DNA of 64,000 nucleotides from Octopus sinensis (Eukaryota), in NCBI RefSeq assembly GCF_006345805.1, contig NW_021832602.1, positions 124,001 through 188,000 of the forward strand, in the 5' to 3' direction. Both the position numbers and the translations under genes were made by a program. The first letter of the stretch is position 1. Each line of letters opens with the position of its first letter. Below the pieces are notes generated by a model. The model made no database searches. It saw only the letters and a program-made list of their open reading frames with translations, and was not told where the DNA came from. Below, one piece after another: positions 25,720-38,159 of the stretch.

Positions 25720-26893
25720 TCGTAGATGTTAACGTCGATGTGTTCGTTCAGATTCCCTTTTTTGGTGTGTGTATATTGGAATCCACAAAGACTTTTCTTA
25801 CTACTTTCATGCCAACTTCATATACATTAACATCGTTGGCCCATTTTCTTTGCTTAACCATCTTTTCCGCTGCCTTGTCCGACCATTTTATCGCCACACA
25901 ACGTCTTCCTCTCTAACTTTAAATATCCATTTTGAATATTCTATTTCGATCTCTGGATTGATTTCTGTATTATTCCAAGAATCAATCTCTCCCAATAATT
26001 GATTAATTTCAGGCTCTGAATAATGCACATAAATTGTTTCGCTAGCATATTTTTGAGGGTTTGATTCAGCCGTTCAACTTGGGCTTGAACCCAGGGACAT
26101 CTTGCTCTTCCGCGTACGTGTTTTATATTAAATACATTGCACATTTCTATTGCAGTGGAGTTAACAAACTCTTTTCCATTATCCGTGTGCAAAATTAAGG
26201 GTTTCCCGAAAATAAGAATAACATCCTTAATTTTCTCTGTAACTTCTTTGGCTCTTTTTGTTTTTAAATGACTAGTCCAACAAAATTTTGAAAATGAATC
26301 CAGTCCTACTAACAACCAGGCATAGCCTTGATTTAATTCAGTATAATGACGAAGATCAATAAGGTAAAAAATGTATCTCTCTCTTACTAAAAAGCCCTGA
26401 TTGGCTGTATTCCGGGTCTTGTATTCATTAAATTTTTCGCCTTGCATACCGGGCAAGAGTCCAAAATCCTCATAACATCAGATCTGTTAACTCCATAAAC
26501 AATTTCTTTTAATAGACCCATTAGTCTATCACGCCCGGGATGCCCATTTGATTCGTGTAATTCATTGATGAATTTCATTTTTTCATTCATCTCACATGAA
26601 GAAAAATCACGCAATAACACTCCAGGTGCAGCACGAAAGTATAAAATTTCCGACGATTCAAATCGTTTTAATATAAATCGTCTGGCGGTCTTCCGAAAAT
26701 TTCTTTTCGATTGAGAACAAGAATCGAGGTATGTTCCGTTCCTCAAATATTCAAGCCTGGGGGTCCCTTCAAGCCTGTGACAATAATTATTATTGTTTTT
26801 CTGTGAAAAATTTTTTTGCCCCTGAAAGTCCCGGATTTTGATTATTGAAATCAATAAATGTCCCGGATTTCTAGAATAATAAAGTTGTAAACA
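25720..26893 (-). mobile_element. Ginger/TDD-like (KRBA2-type integrase) DNA transposon remnant
   Basis: HHCC zinc finger (H...GHPGRD...CPVC), IDL, DSFSKF, HTDNGKEF, QVERLN; TGT terminus at 26893 with aaatccgggac repeats. Confidence 0.7.
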
Positions 26894-28268
26894 TAATTCT
26901 TCGTAGTGCAGAGCAAATTCCTCTGACAGTGAACGTCATAAGTTTGGCATTAGTGCAATAGAGGAATGGCACTATCTCAACCAAACAGTTAACAAGAAAG
27001 TGACTAGAATAATCACGACTGTAATATATCAAATATCTGTAGTCGTTTTTAGATATACAATTTGAACGTGATATAGTCTCAGTTTATGTTCTTCAGGTTA
27101 AATCGTCATAGGCAGGTTTAGGCATTTGGTAAAGTGAATTATGACTTTATCACGAATAGTTGTACTGAAAACAAATGTTTTTTGTCTTTATATCTTTAAC
27201 AATACCATGACTGTATTATTTAATTCCCCACTTTTAAGATCAGTAAACAAAATCGGCAAAATACAGAGCTCTCTTCCAACAATGAGTTTTTTCCTTTTAT
27301 TATTCCACGCCTAAAAACCTGCGACGGGTCGTGTGCCTCTTTGACACCATCAAGTTGTATTTAAAATATGGACAAAACTGTTTTTGGAATATCGACTTTG
27401 TAACCACTCTTTCCCATTTTAGGCTGACCAGAAACGTGTACATACACAGATGTCAGGAATAGTTCACTTGCTACTTCTAAGTGGCTCCGAAAACCCTACT
27501 TAAAATGAATTTAGACATCTAGAAAAAGGATCCAATCAACGTTAGTTGACGTCCACTCTCAGAAAATAACACGCTAAGAATCAATTTCACGATCAATATG
27601 TTACCAACGTGCCTCAAACTGAAAATCACTCGAACAAAGAAAGAATTAGGCTTATTTATCAGACGTCTACTTCATATGATTGTGAAAACTTCGATTCTCA
27701 GATCAATAACAAAGTAGTGGATTGATTGAATTAGCATCAGTCTTTAATTAAAATAATTTATAAAGATCGAGAAAATTGAATCAGGTAAAATGACTTCTTA
27801 AAAAATCGTTTTACAGTTCGATGTCACTAAATTGTATTTCTAATAAATATAAAAACTTGATATTTCGAATAATTATATATTATTGAGAAATGCTTTTAAT
27901 AGAATAACAAATTATATTAAACATTATAAATTATAAATTGATGGTAGTGCACGTCTTGTCAATATTATGCAAATTGGACTTGTGTAATTATATTTGTAAT
28001 ATACTAGAAATAGATTTTCATTTATTGTTAAAGAAACAGGAGTCAAAATTATGTATACAATAGTATATTTTTGATAAGTTTTTCCATAATTAGGTTTATA
28101 TTAATAATATAATTACAAATTTAGTCTAATTTTTTAGTATAATGAAAGAATGAAAAAAGAATAAATATTATTATAAATATTTATTTATTTAAAATTTATA
28201 AATTTTATATTAATCCAAAAGAAACAATTGATATTTCTGACTCGTTGATTTAGCTTGGTTACATTTCA

Positions 28269-29750
28269 ATGTCTTTTTGTCAATCTCGAAGAAAGTATAC
28301 AGCTGAAGTATACCTAAAAAATGACTTGTGGATTAAAGTAGTTCACATATGACAATATCCTTAGGGATTCGTTGCCTCAGGAAACGCTGACTCGTTTATG
28401 ATAGACTTTGACCAGTATTCCAGAATCTGTAATCCCTTAGCCTTCCATCGGGGACGTATCTCTTGAATCAACTGAGAATCCCAGGAGAGTACTCCGAAGT
28501 GACCAAAGTGGAAACTGGCATGGAAATAGAAGTTGACTCACAACTTCCTATTTTAGGTCCCCGTCAAAATTTCCGGAAGTAATGCCGTTGGTTGGTCAGC
28601 CTGCAAAGTCGATCGTGTCCGTGGAGAATTCTTTTCTGTGATTGGCGGAGAGGGCACCAACGCCTCTTACACTGTCGATGAAGTCCGAACCGTCACTCAC
28701 AAGTATCTCCCAGTCCTGACAGTTGTAGTCCCACGATGGACAAAAGAGGAGCTCCCCGCTACCACTTTGCCCAAATTAAAGTCCCTCAAGCACTATTAGA
28801 TAGGTTGTGGTGGTCGTTTACTGTTTAGCGTGATGAGTGCAGAAAGCATTGCCAAACTTACTGAGGACTGCAAAGAGCCAGTCTCAATTTCTGTGGATGA
28901 GTCGACTGGGCTGCTTGATTTGATTGTATGTGTTGTGGTGTGACTGGCAGACTCCGAATGCGGCCGAATTGAGGCAAGTTGTGAATATTGCGGACATGCA
29001 CATCAACTTTATTCGGACAGAAATGAAACTAAATTCCCAATTGGTTTCAATGCAGTGTCGAATGTCCGGAGATTTGACAAATGTCAAGCCTGGGACTATC
29101 ATTGACGTCTTCAAAGTGGACAAGTCTCTGATGTGTCACGTCATCGGAACCAAAGGAATTAATATTGACACTGCACGTAAAATACGCGGAATTCTGGACG
29201 TGGTCGTCGATGATGAGACCTCGTCTGTCAAAATTGCCGGAAATGTATTTGTAGAATATTGAGAGTGTTAGAACGCGTCCTCGGTGAGTAAGGCGAGGAG
29301 TATGTTGGAGTATGTCGAGCAAGTCATTCCCATCGAGCAGTCCTTGATTCGTATGCCTGGTGGATTCATTGTAGAGAGAATTTATGGACAGAAGGGCGAG
29401 AATTTACAAAAGATTGTGGATCGTGCGGAAGTGCGGAGACTATTTACGCATCACAGCGAGGAGGAGAAGGTGTACGAATTGCACATCATTGGCACAAAGA
29501 AGAATGTCGATTCGGCTGTGTTTATGCTCTCATTTGTTATTCGACGTGTTGAGGTTGTGTCTTTTTATGATTTTAGTCATTTGTGGCAAAACTCACTCAG
29601 CTCAATGAATTGAGGGACAAAATCCGGCAAATGGGTCTTCATAACAAGTTGTCTGAGGGTGAACTGGAACGTGAAAATGCTGCGAATTGTGGTATTATTT
29701 GTTTTGTATTGTCAGTTGAAGTTCAAAATGATCTCTCTGAACAAATTTAA
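28269..29750 (+). CDS. FMR1: Fragile X family RNA-binding protein (2 Agenet, KH0, KH1, KH2), no RGG tail
   Basis: Removing about 10 micro-introns gives an open frame collinear with FMRP: AEVYLKNDLWIK|GFV, EIE|VPV..VGWSACKVDRVRGEF, IKVPQAL, ADMHINFIRTEMKL, VIGTKGINIDTARKI, KARSMLEYVE, IYGQKGENLQKIVD, IIGTKKNV, LRDKIRQMG. Stop TAA at 29748-29750. Confidence 0.88.
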
Positions 29751-29873
29751 ATTAATTCCTTACTATTCCCGTTAAATTATGCTTCCTTTTATGATTTTCA
29801 ACTTAGAGGGTGTCTGTCGGTGTAGATAATAGGGTGGTTTGCTTTCATGGGAGATATGTTTGTGAAATGATTG

Positions 29874-30482
29874 TTAGCTTGGACCTAATATGTTTTCTCT
29901 CGTAAAGAGTTTTTTGAATTTGAATAAAAACAATTCATACCAATTTCGAGCATGAAATAGCATCCAATAGTGTGATTTTTTTTCATAGATAATCGTTTTC
30001 ATAATCCAGTTATTGAAATGATTCTTAAATGCCTTAATTATTTCTGGGTCACATGGCTTAATTAAGGAACTTGTATTTTTTGGAAAAAATGTTACGTCGT
30101 CGTTTGAAAGTTTGGCAGAAACAGCTTGAAAAGTTGCATTGTCAATTAAGCATGCTATTTTCCTTATTTCCTTCCTCATTTCCTCCTTAAATCGAGATAA
30201 CTAATTTTCAAAATATTTTTTGTCATCCACAAAGCATCATATTTAATGTCGATTTCTTTCAGATTCACATCTTTTAATACTCTTGGTGACAAGGTTGCAC
30301 TTTACTGCATTTCTTGAGTGCACGGATGGACAGATTCATGTCAACGCACAGTCTACATCTTTTTGGTATCAAATATCTGAACTGAGATGTCAAACGTCAT
30401 TACTGTGTTTTCTAATATTCGAACTGTGATGTCAAATATGTTAATGTCAAAATTACGTATCTAAAAAAATATACAGTCGAAC
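29874..30482 (-). mobile_element. pogo/Tigger remnant
   Basis: ACLIDNA, FFPKNTSSLIKPCDPEIIKAFK. Confidence 0.6.
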
Positions 30483-30610
30483 CAAAATATTTATTGATAA
30501 TTTAGCGAACACAAAGCACAACTTTTAAGATCAATAAAAGATTAAATATATACTAATGAACAAAAGATTGAGTTTTAATTTTTAAAAATGATATTTATTT
30601 TAGTAATGAA

Positions 30611-31225
30611 ATGAAAGGATTTAAGTTTAAAATTGTTAAAGATATTATAAATGGCAATTTGGGCGATTTATCCGAACGTATAACAAAATGTATGCATTTT
30701 GCAGACAAGAATACCGATAAGTATGATAAACTGATTAGTCAGCATTCCGGTATTGTCAACCTATCCATTTTCTCGATTATTATTCAATCTGTTGAAAAAA
30801 TATTTATAATCACATTTTATAAGACTATTATAATACTTTATTTTCTTAGAATTGTCGAATTTATTGGAACAGATTGAAGATAAAATTAAATCGGTACAGT
30901 TAAAGGTTGATGGCATGGTAAATTGAAAATTTATTTTATTTTAGGAGAAAGATGGAGAGAAAATGCGATTCGAAGAATTCAATATCCGCAGGTGACAGAG
31001 AGATTCTCGACGCAGTTGATCAATTAATATCAATATTGACATTGCTGAGAGACAAGAGAGCTCTTGGAAAACATTGATCGGATCCCTTAGAATTTGTCGT
31101 ATGATCCACGTACTCAATTCCAAACTCGTTTTGGACCTTAGAATCAATTTTCGAACATTTCTAAAAATCCATATTTCATAAATGACATGGAAAAAAAATT
31201 AGCTGAACAGGAAAAAAATAAATAG
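30611..31225 (+). CDS. Putative WAVE/SCAR-homology-domain-only protein (model not fully resolved)
   Basis: Spliced DIINGNLGDLSERITK...S|ELSNLLEQIEDKIKSVQLKVDGM|EKDGEKMRFEEFNIR and terminal SKNPYFINDMEKKLAEQEKNK* resemble the WHD pattern. One in-frame TGA near 31017 is unexplained. Confidence 0.4.
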
Positions 31226-31419
31226 TTTTTCTCTTAATCTATATAATCCTTTATAAAGTAAAAATATAATGTAATCCTGTTTTGGGATCAATTTAAATTA
31301 TTATTTTCTAGAAGCAGTAAAACACAGTATATAGCTAGTTCTATGTAGGAATTTCCAAAGAAAATATAAGTGATTAATGCTGATGATGTCAACCTAATCT
31401 CTTTAGCTCTTTACTAGGA

Positions 31420-31680
31420 GACAGTGAAGATATCGTACAGAGAAAAACCTTGGGAAACGCGGCATTATACAGGCTGAAAAACCTATGGTTAAAACGGAAA
31501 GAGAATGACATAAACCAAAAGATATTGTTATGCGACGCATTTATCAAACCAATCCTTTTTTACAACTCTAGGACTTGGGACATCTCAAAAGAGGAACTGG
31601 AGAGGCTAGACTCGTTCCACGGGAATCATCTAAGAAACATAATTGGACTGTCCTGGCCATCCAGGATCTTCGGAGTAAAA
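31420..31680 (+). mobile_element. RTE-like LINE fragment
   Basis: IKPILFYNSRTW...ERLDSFH..HLRNIIGLSWP; related to 38162-38620. Confidence 0.7.
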
Positions 31681-32959
31681 TGTAATATAAAATAATCTGA
31701 AAATTGTAAAGAATATATTGGCATTTAGCGACGACCTGTACTCTTTGAGAAACCTAGCTAGTTCTCTAATATTTTTTCCGTATATGCGGGGTTATAAATA
31801 TTATAGCTTTCGTGAAACTGTTAGGAATTTGAATAAATTTAGATTATTCGATATTTTCAAAAAAACAAAGTACTTTAATTTGACCTTTGACCCAAGTTGT
31901 TTTTTCAGTGTAGAGAGCCTTGCCTTCCGTGTTTAGTTAATAATGGATATCTTAAACATCATTTTGAAACTATTTATTTAACTTCCCACATGCCAAAACA
32001 CACCATCATTCTCTTTTAACATCGGACTTTAGCATCTCCAAAAACGACCAGTAATAACTGCATAGAGAACTTTTCATTAGCGAACAAAGAAGTTAATTTT
32101 TCTAACTGGAGCCGTATCCGGAATTATTGAGTCCTTATCTCATCAGTTTTCTTTAATTGTTGGCGGCTGTGAAAACGCTAGGAAGGGGGTGACGTTCCAT
32201 CCGGAACTCCATATATGTTTGGACTCCGTGTGTGATGAGATTTCACGACGGCGTCACTCATCAAACCCAATCGGAGCTTCCAGTACAGACCGCCCAAGAC
32301 CAGGAGAATATTAGCAGATACCCAGGACTAAAGAGAATATTTGCAGTTCAAAATAATTGATTTGACGTTTGAATAAAAGCACGATTGAAATTCAATTTTT
32401 GTATTAAAAAATGAACGCATAGTCACTATACCAAAAAGAAAAAAGTGTCTCATGCTTTTATCATGACCATCGGGAGCTACTAGAACTTTAATTTAGTAAG
32501 AAAACCGGTAACTCTAGTGAGTTAGAAACCGATAATTCTAATTTTATTGGTAGCTATAAAGGAAATCTGTCGATCAGCATTGATCAAAACATAAGAAACC
32601 CCATTAAATGATAGTTTGGCTCATGTTGATGAACAATGCTGAATTTTATTGTAATTGACAAAAAGATAAAACAGCCATAAACAGAGCTTTCTATCGATAT
32701 AAAAATCGAACTAATCTTTAATAATATAAAATTTCCCTAAAAAGTTTTCCACCATATTCTTCATCTCAATAAAAGTCTTTAAAAATGTCGACTTTTCTTT
32801 ATCATAAATTGATAGTATCTCATTTAGTATGAGAAGATGGAGGAGATAAGAGGACAACATTACTTTAGGTGCTGCATATGTATATTCTTTCATGTTTCGG
32901 AATACAAACAAGAATAGTTGGATGTAACTATTACTATTTTAATGAAACAACTCGTTATT

Positions 32960-33181
32960 TGTAGTATTTTATTCCATCAACCTCACCCTCTTAGGGCCCA
33001 CGTTCACTGCACAGATGGGCAGATTCATGTCAACGCGCAGTCTAGATTCAGGGGATACCTCTTCAACAGGCATTGATAACCCGTACCTTGTCTCGGCTTG
33101 CATGCTTTCTAAGGTCTTCCGCAACACAAGTGTCTGGATGTATGCCTTCACCCTGTCCTCCACGCAATAGTTAGATAACAC
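32960..33181 (-). mobile_element. R4/Dong-like LINE 3' fragment
   Basis: KAYIQTLVLRKTLES matches the AYIQS.VLK.TL ends of the other copies. Confidence 0.6.
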
Positions 33182-33989
33182 TTATAGTTTGCAAAATGGT
33201 ATGTTAAATTTGGCTAAATCTAAATAAGACTATTTTTAAAAGAATCAGCTCAAGGCTTGAATTTTGAATTTTAAAATAATCAGTCAGTTTATATTAAGAA
33301 ATGCATACATGCTTGTGTAGGTGGCAAATAAGTGTAATAATACTGTATCAATGATCACAACAAATTTTATGTGTAATTCTGAAAATAAATCAATTCCACA
33401 GAAACTCAGGTTTAATAAATATTGTGGATATCCAATTAATTTCATTCTTTTACAGACTGTCTATTATTGTATTTCACAAAATAAATTGATTTATATGTTA
33501 AATCAATCATACTTTCAAATTTTCCACGAATCTCAAACTGATCAACAGTTGAAAATAGAAACCAATTATCTATCAAATCAATTTGAGTTAGTGGTCTCAA
33601 ATTTTGATTACTTTGTGTAGCTTCCTTTGGAACCAGTCGAATATCGTATTTAACAAAAAAACATGTTTTCGACCGAATACAAAACCTAATACACTAAATT
33701 CTACAACAAATAGTTATACTATAAATACTCCTCCCACTGAAATGACTTTCAATCAAAAACCGTACAAAAAAATAGAGATCAATAGATCAATTTGCGAAAA
33801 CAACTGGACACGAATCACGATCTTTTTAATAATGATGTAGTTATTAGTTACTTTGTTTACTCTTTTAAAGTTATGAAAAAGTCAATTTTTCACGATATTA
33901 TTTATTTTTGATGGGTTTTTGTTTGGGGCGGTCCTGCACTGACTGTATAAACTCAATTCGATAGTATCAAAGGCACATGATTTTGGCTT

Positions 33990-34620
33990 ATCAACCAGTA
34001 TTATCTGTTTAGATTTGTCAAGATGGCTGACTTTCCAAAACATGTATGCATCTCAACTAAAGTGCTTATTTATACCGATGAAATTATTATTACGGACGAA
34101 GCAGCCCTTCTGACAAAATAGGAAATAAAACCAATAAATCTATTTAGAGCAAATAAAACAGCAAATAGCAGGAGAGTACTTGACTCTGACTCTGAGTATT
34201 CGCATTGATATTTGGAGGTCCTGATCGTTTTTGTACCTGTGAGTCTAATTTTCTAAAAATGGAAGATGGGAGAAAGACATTATCCTAAGGAAAAAGCGGA
34301 GTACACAAATGATCATGTGCCTGATCAAATTTTGTCTATCCCGGAGACTGTGCTATTTATTTTCGGACAGCTATTCTTCTTGTGCAGATTTATGAACTGA
34401 AGGGTGGATCTGGTTCTCCTTTAAAGCAAGAATCATAAAACTACTGGAGAAAAGGAGATGATTAGCGCTTAGGATGGCCTTTGGCGTGACTCTGAGAGAA
34501 AAAATATTGAGCAGGTACGATAGATTTTCTATAATTGACGACCTTGTCGAAAACTAGTTCCAAAAGTTCCTAGACGAGAGAAGATAATAACAATGGACGA
34601 CTTACTGTGTAAGATCTACC
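33990..34620 (+). mobile_element. LTR retrotransposon 3' remnant with PPT and partial LTR
   Basis: 34395-34620 is homologous to the reverse complement of ~205-430 (gaagggtggatct, aaactactgga, gattagcgct, caatggacgactt). Confidence 0.6.
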
Positions 34621-35613
34621 CTAACCCTAACCCTTTTAAATAAAATAGTTAAAATGTATGTAAATGAAAAAAATTCTGACACTTACGTTGAAGTATGTGA
34701 ACATTTAGTTGAACTGTCTGACTTGGAGAAGAATTCTAATAAATCAGCTGCCACTTGTTAATTATTGAAGAATTCTCGACTAACTCGATGAACCATCTAG
34801 GAACTAGATTTAACAGAACGCTCATTTCAGATTAAATTAGAACATAATGAGACAGTGATATGAATTTACATTAAAAACATTGATTTAGAATGAAGCTAAA
34901 AGATTAAAAAACTACTCAGTTCAGATTACTATGTCAAATAATTTGTTTGAAAATATTGATTGTGAAAAGAGTCTTAATGATGATATAAACATTATATAAA
35001 ACTGATATATTCATTTACGACAAAAAGGGCGCCGCAATATAAATCTAATACTTTTTAAAAAATGGCATTTAGTCAGCAGCTAAGATAAGAGTAATTCACA
35101 AGGCAAAAATGAAGGTTTTAGTTATTGTGTGTACATTCTTAACGACTGCTAAATATATCATAAGTTGATTTAATCTGAAAATACAGTTTTACTCCGATAG
35201 GAGTCGTTTTAAAATTGACGATCACTTTTCCACGCTTGCCACCTTTGAAAACGAATGGCCTCTGTGACTTATCACACTTTTAGAGTAATATTAGAAGTAA
35301 CTATTTACCTCAAAAAATGGAATTATGCACAAGATCTCTGCTTAAGAACAAAGTCTGCTTCAAATATGAAGATAAATTACTAGAAACATTAAGAGCACAG
35401 TTAGCAAAAATTCAGGAAATAAATCCAAAATCAGCTTTTCAGTCAGGGATTAAAAGAAATCTCACAGAAATTGAAATTTTTTTGTTACCATATAAATGTT
35501 GGTCTCATCCAATTTCAGCTAGAAAATAAAAGCATTGTTTAGATTCAAAAATAAAGCACTTGATATGACTTTACCTATATTTTTAAGAACACTTGATGTG
35601 ACTTTACAATATA

Positions 35614-36450
35614 CAGTTTGTTCAAAAAAAACGTGACCACTTGAAAATGTGTGTTTTTTCAATTTTTATTGATTCTTATGTAAAATTTCCAAGGAATACC
35701 GAATTTAAAACCTTTCTATCTACACAATTCAATTTTTATTTTTGTCACTGTCGGCTACATTTTCAAAGTAACTACATATTACAAAAAAACATTGTTCAAA
35801 AAAAACGTGACCAAAATTATATTAGTATTTAATATGCTTCCCTTTCGCCTTATATATTTCCAGAACTCGTTTGTGGAAGCTAAAAATATATTTTCTTATT
35901 AGTTCCGGGGGGAGGTTGTTCCAGATTTTCAAAACTTCTTGCTTTAAAGTTTCCTTATCAAGCCTTCCCAAAATTGCGTAACTGAAACTTTATATAGGCT
36001 CACACATGCTCGATTGGATTGAGATCTGGACTTTGTGCAGGCCAATAAATTGTTTGATTTTTTTTTCTTCAAGAAATTTCGTTGTGATTCGAGCTGTATG
36101 CTTGGGTCGTTGTCGTGCATAAACCAAAGTCGTTTATTAAACTCATTTTTCCGGCGGATGGTTTAAATTTTGTGCTAAAATTTGCAATAATGCGCAGCCG
36201 TCATAATTCCGTCAATAAAACGAGCCGGCCTACTCCATTGGACGAAATACAGCCCAGGCGCTAGAACACTTCCTCCTCCAAATTTAACTGTAGGTAAAAA
36301 ATGATATCTTTCACCGCGAAAAATCGAACATTATTTCTTTTATTTGCTGAAAATAACTCAAATTTTGTTTCATCGGAGAAAATAATTTTGCCTAGATCTT
36401 CAGCCGAGATCCCTAAATAATTTTCAGGAAATAATTTTTTCTTTAAATGC
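35614..36450 (-). mobile_element. Tc1 remnant
   Basis: TIR cagtttgttcaaaaaaaacgtgaccac with an inner repeat; HDNDPSIQ, WPAQSPDLNPIE. Confidence 0.75.
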
Positions 36451-37479
36451 GTATTTATTTAACAGCATGACAAGTCAACACTTAAAATCTATTCATTTCA
36501 ACGCTAAAACGATGATCTATGAGGAAGATATCCTTTTAATCAACACCAGAATAAGAATGTCTATCAATGGAGAAATACTCTTAATCACCGCTACTACGAC
36601 GGTCTGATACTGCAATCAAAGATCATTTACCTGTCAACTATAAAGGTCACCCTGGTCGCCAGCGTAGTTAGCGACATAATATTTAGTACAGATGATAAAC
36701 GTGAAACATTCATTGAATCGATACTGATGCTCGACGAATTTATAGATTTGGAATTATTTGACAACTGAATACTTCTTGATTTAGAAGACATCTCAAAGTT
36801 GAATTTATTTGAAGATTTTCTAAAATAAAAGCTAGAAAAGTCAAAACTGAATTCTTTGTTAGTGTTTCGTAGAGAAATGCAACGATTTTTATAGAAAAGT
36901 CAATTGATCAATCATTAATAAAATTGACAAAACTACCATGTTTTACAAAAATTCTTTTGAACACGTTTTCTGATTATAACTCAACTTGTGGTGACTCATT
37001 GATTATTAAAAATCTTTTTTTCTTGCCATTTAATGAATTTATATGAACTGATCGTTTTATGTCTACTTTGATCAATTCTATAGTTAATTTATAAGTTTTT
37101 AGTACCATTATGTATTTCTGCTTTATCTGATTTATAATTGAAAAGATTTTCCATATTTCTTCCAAAAAGTATTTCTGAGTTTTTTATCATGTCCATCTAC
37201 ACAATCCACCATCTGTTGAAAAAATTAAATGTTAAGATACAATTTTGCAGGATTTTAGCAAAATTTTTTTAGATATATACTTATTGGGAATCCATAACAA
37301 ATCAGATAGGCAAACTGATAAATTCAGAGTCCATTTTGTTTATTTTAGAATTTGGTTTAATTTTCTTAGAAGGCATATAAGATGTTCAAACATGATATGA
37401 TGCGACTAAGTACTTTGAGCAAGCGACTAAGTACTTTGAATCATTTATTTAGGCATTCTTTTACTTTTTCACTCCCGAC

Positions 37480-37880
37480 TCCCGTCCCTCTTCACTCCCG
37501 AAAAAAGATTGGGAAGGACTTCAGTCGACTTAAAGCTGAATAATATGTCCGTACCCTTCTACAGGAGTCAGACGGTCCTAGGGGTAACCCTAGACATGCA
37601 CCTCTGTTTTTCCCCACACGCAGACAACCTCCTTTGCAAATGCGAAAAAATGAACATCCTTCGAACTCTATCTGGTATATGGAAAAACGGGCCGCACCCG
37701 GTACTGGCAAATATCTACCGCCAGTACTTCGAACTATCTATTGCCTACGCCTGCGGATCATGGAGTCCGCGGTTATCGTGGTCCAACAGGAGGCGAATCG
37801 AGGAGACCCAACAAAGGGTTTTCAGATTAACCAATCGTTGGTCGCATGATAGCCAACGCCCTATTATCGGCATATAAACA
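37480..37880 (+). mobile_element. LINE RT C-terminal fragment
   Basis: VLGVTLDMHLCF..H, IYRQY...IAYACGSWSP. Confidence 0.6.
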
Positions 37881-38159
37881 CTTTGAAGATGTGAAAGAGT
37901 ACTTTGTTCGCAAGTAAACCAAAGTTTAAATTAAATGAACAATAATTCAATAGTTTGAACCAGACCCCTGTTTGGAAGAGCACCCCCGGTTTCTGGGACA
38001 CTTTAAAACACGTGATTTAAGTGTACATAAAATTTATTTTTTATATTTAGGGCATTTTATGAAAAGAAACAAAGACTACATTAAAAATATATTGCAAATA
38101 TAAAATTCTGTGGATCCCCTCATTTTTTCTTGGACCCGTTGAAAAACGCTGGTTTAGAT

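Noticed and set aside
37403-37440. Tandem gcgactaagtactttga duplication
   Set aside because: Only two units in intergenic DNA; an ordinary local duplication.
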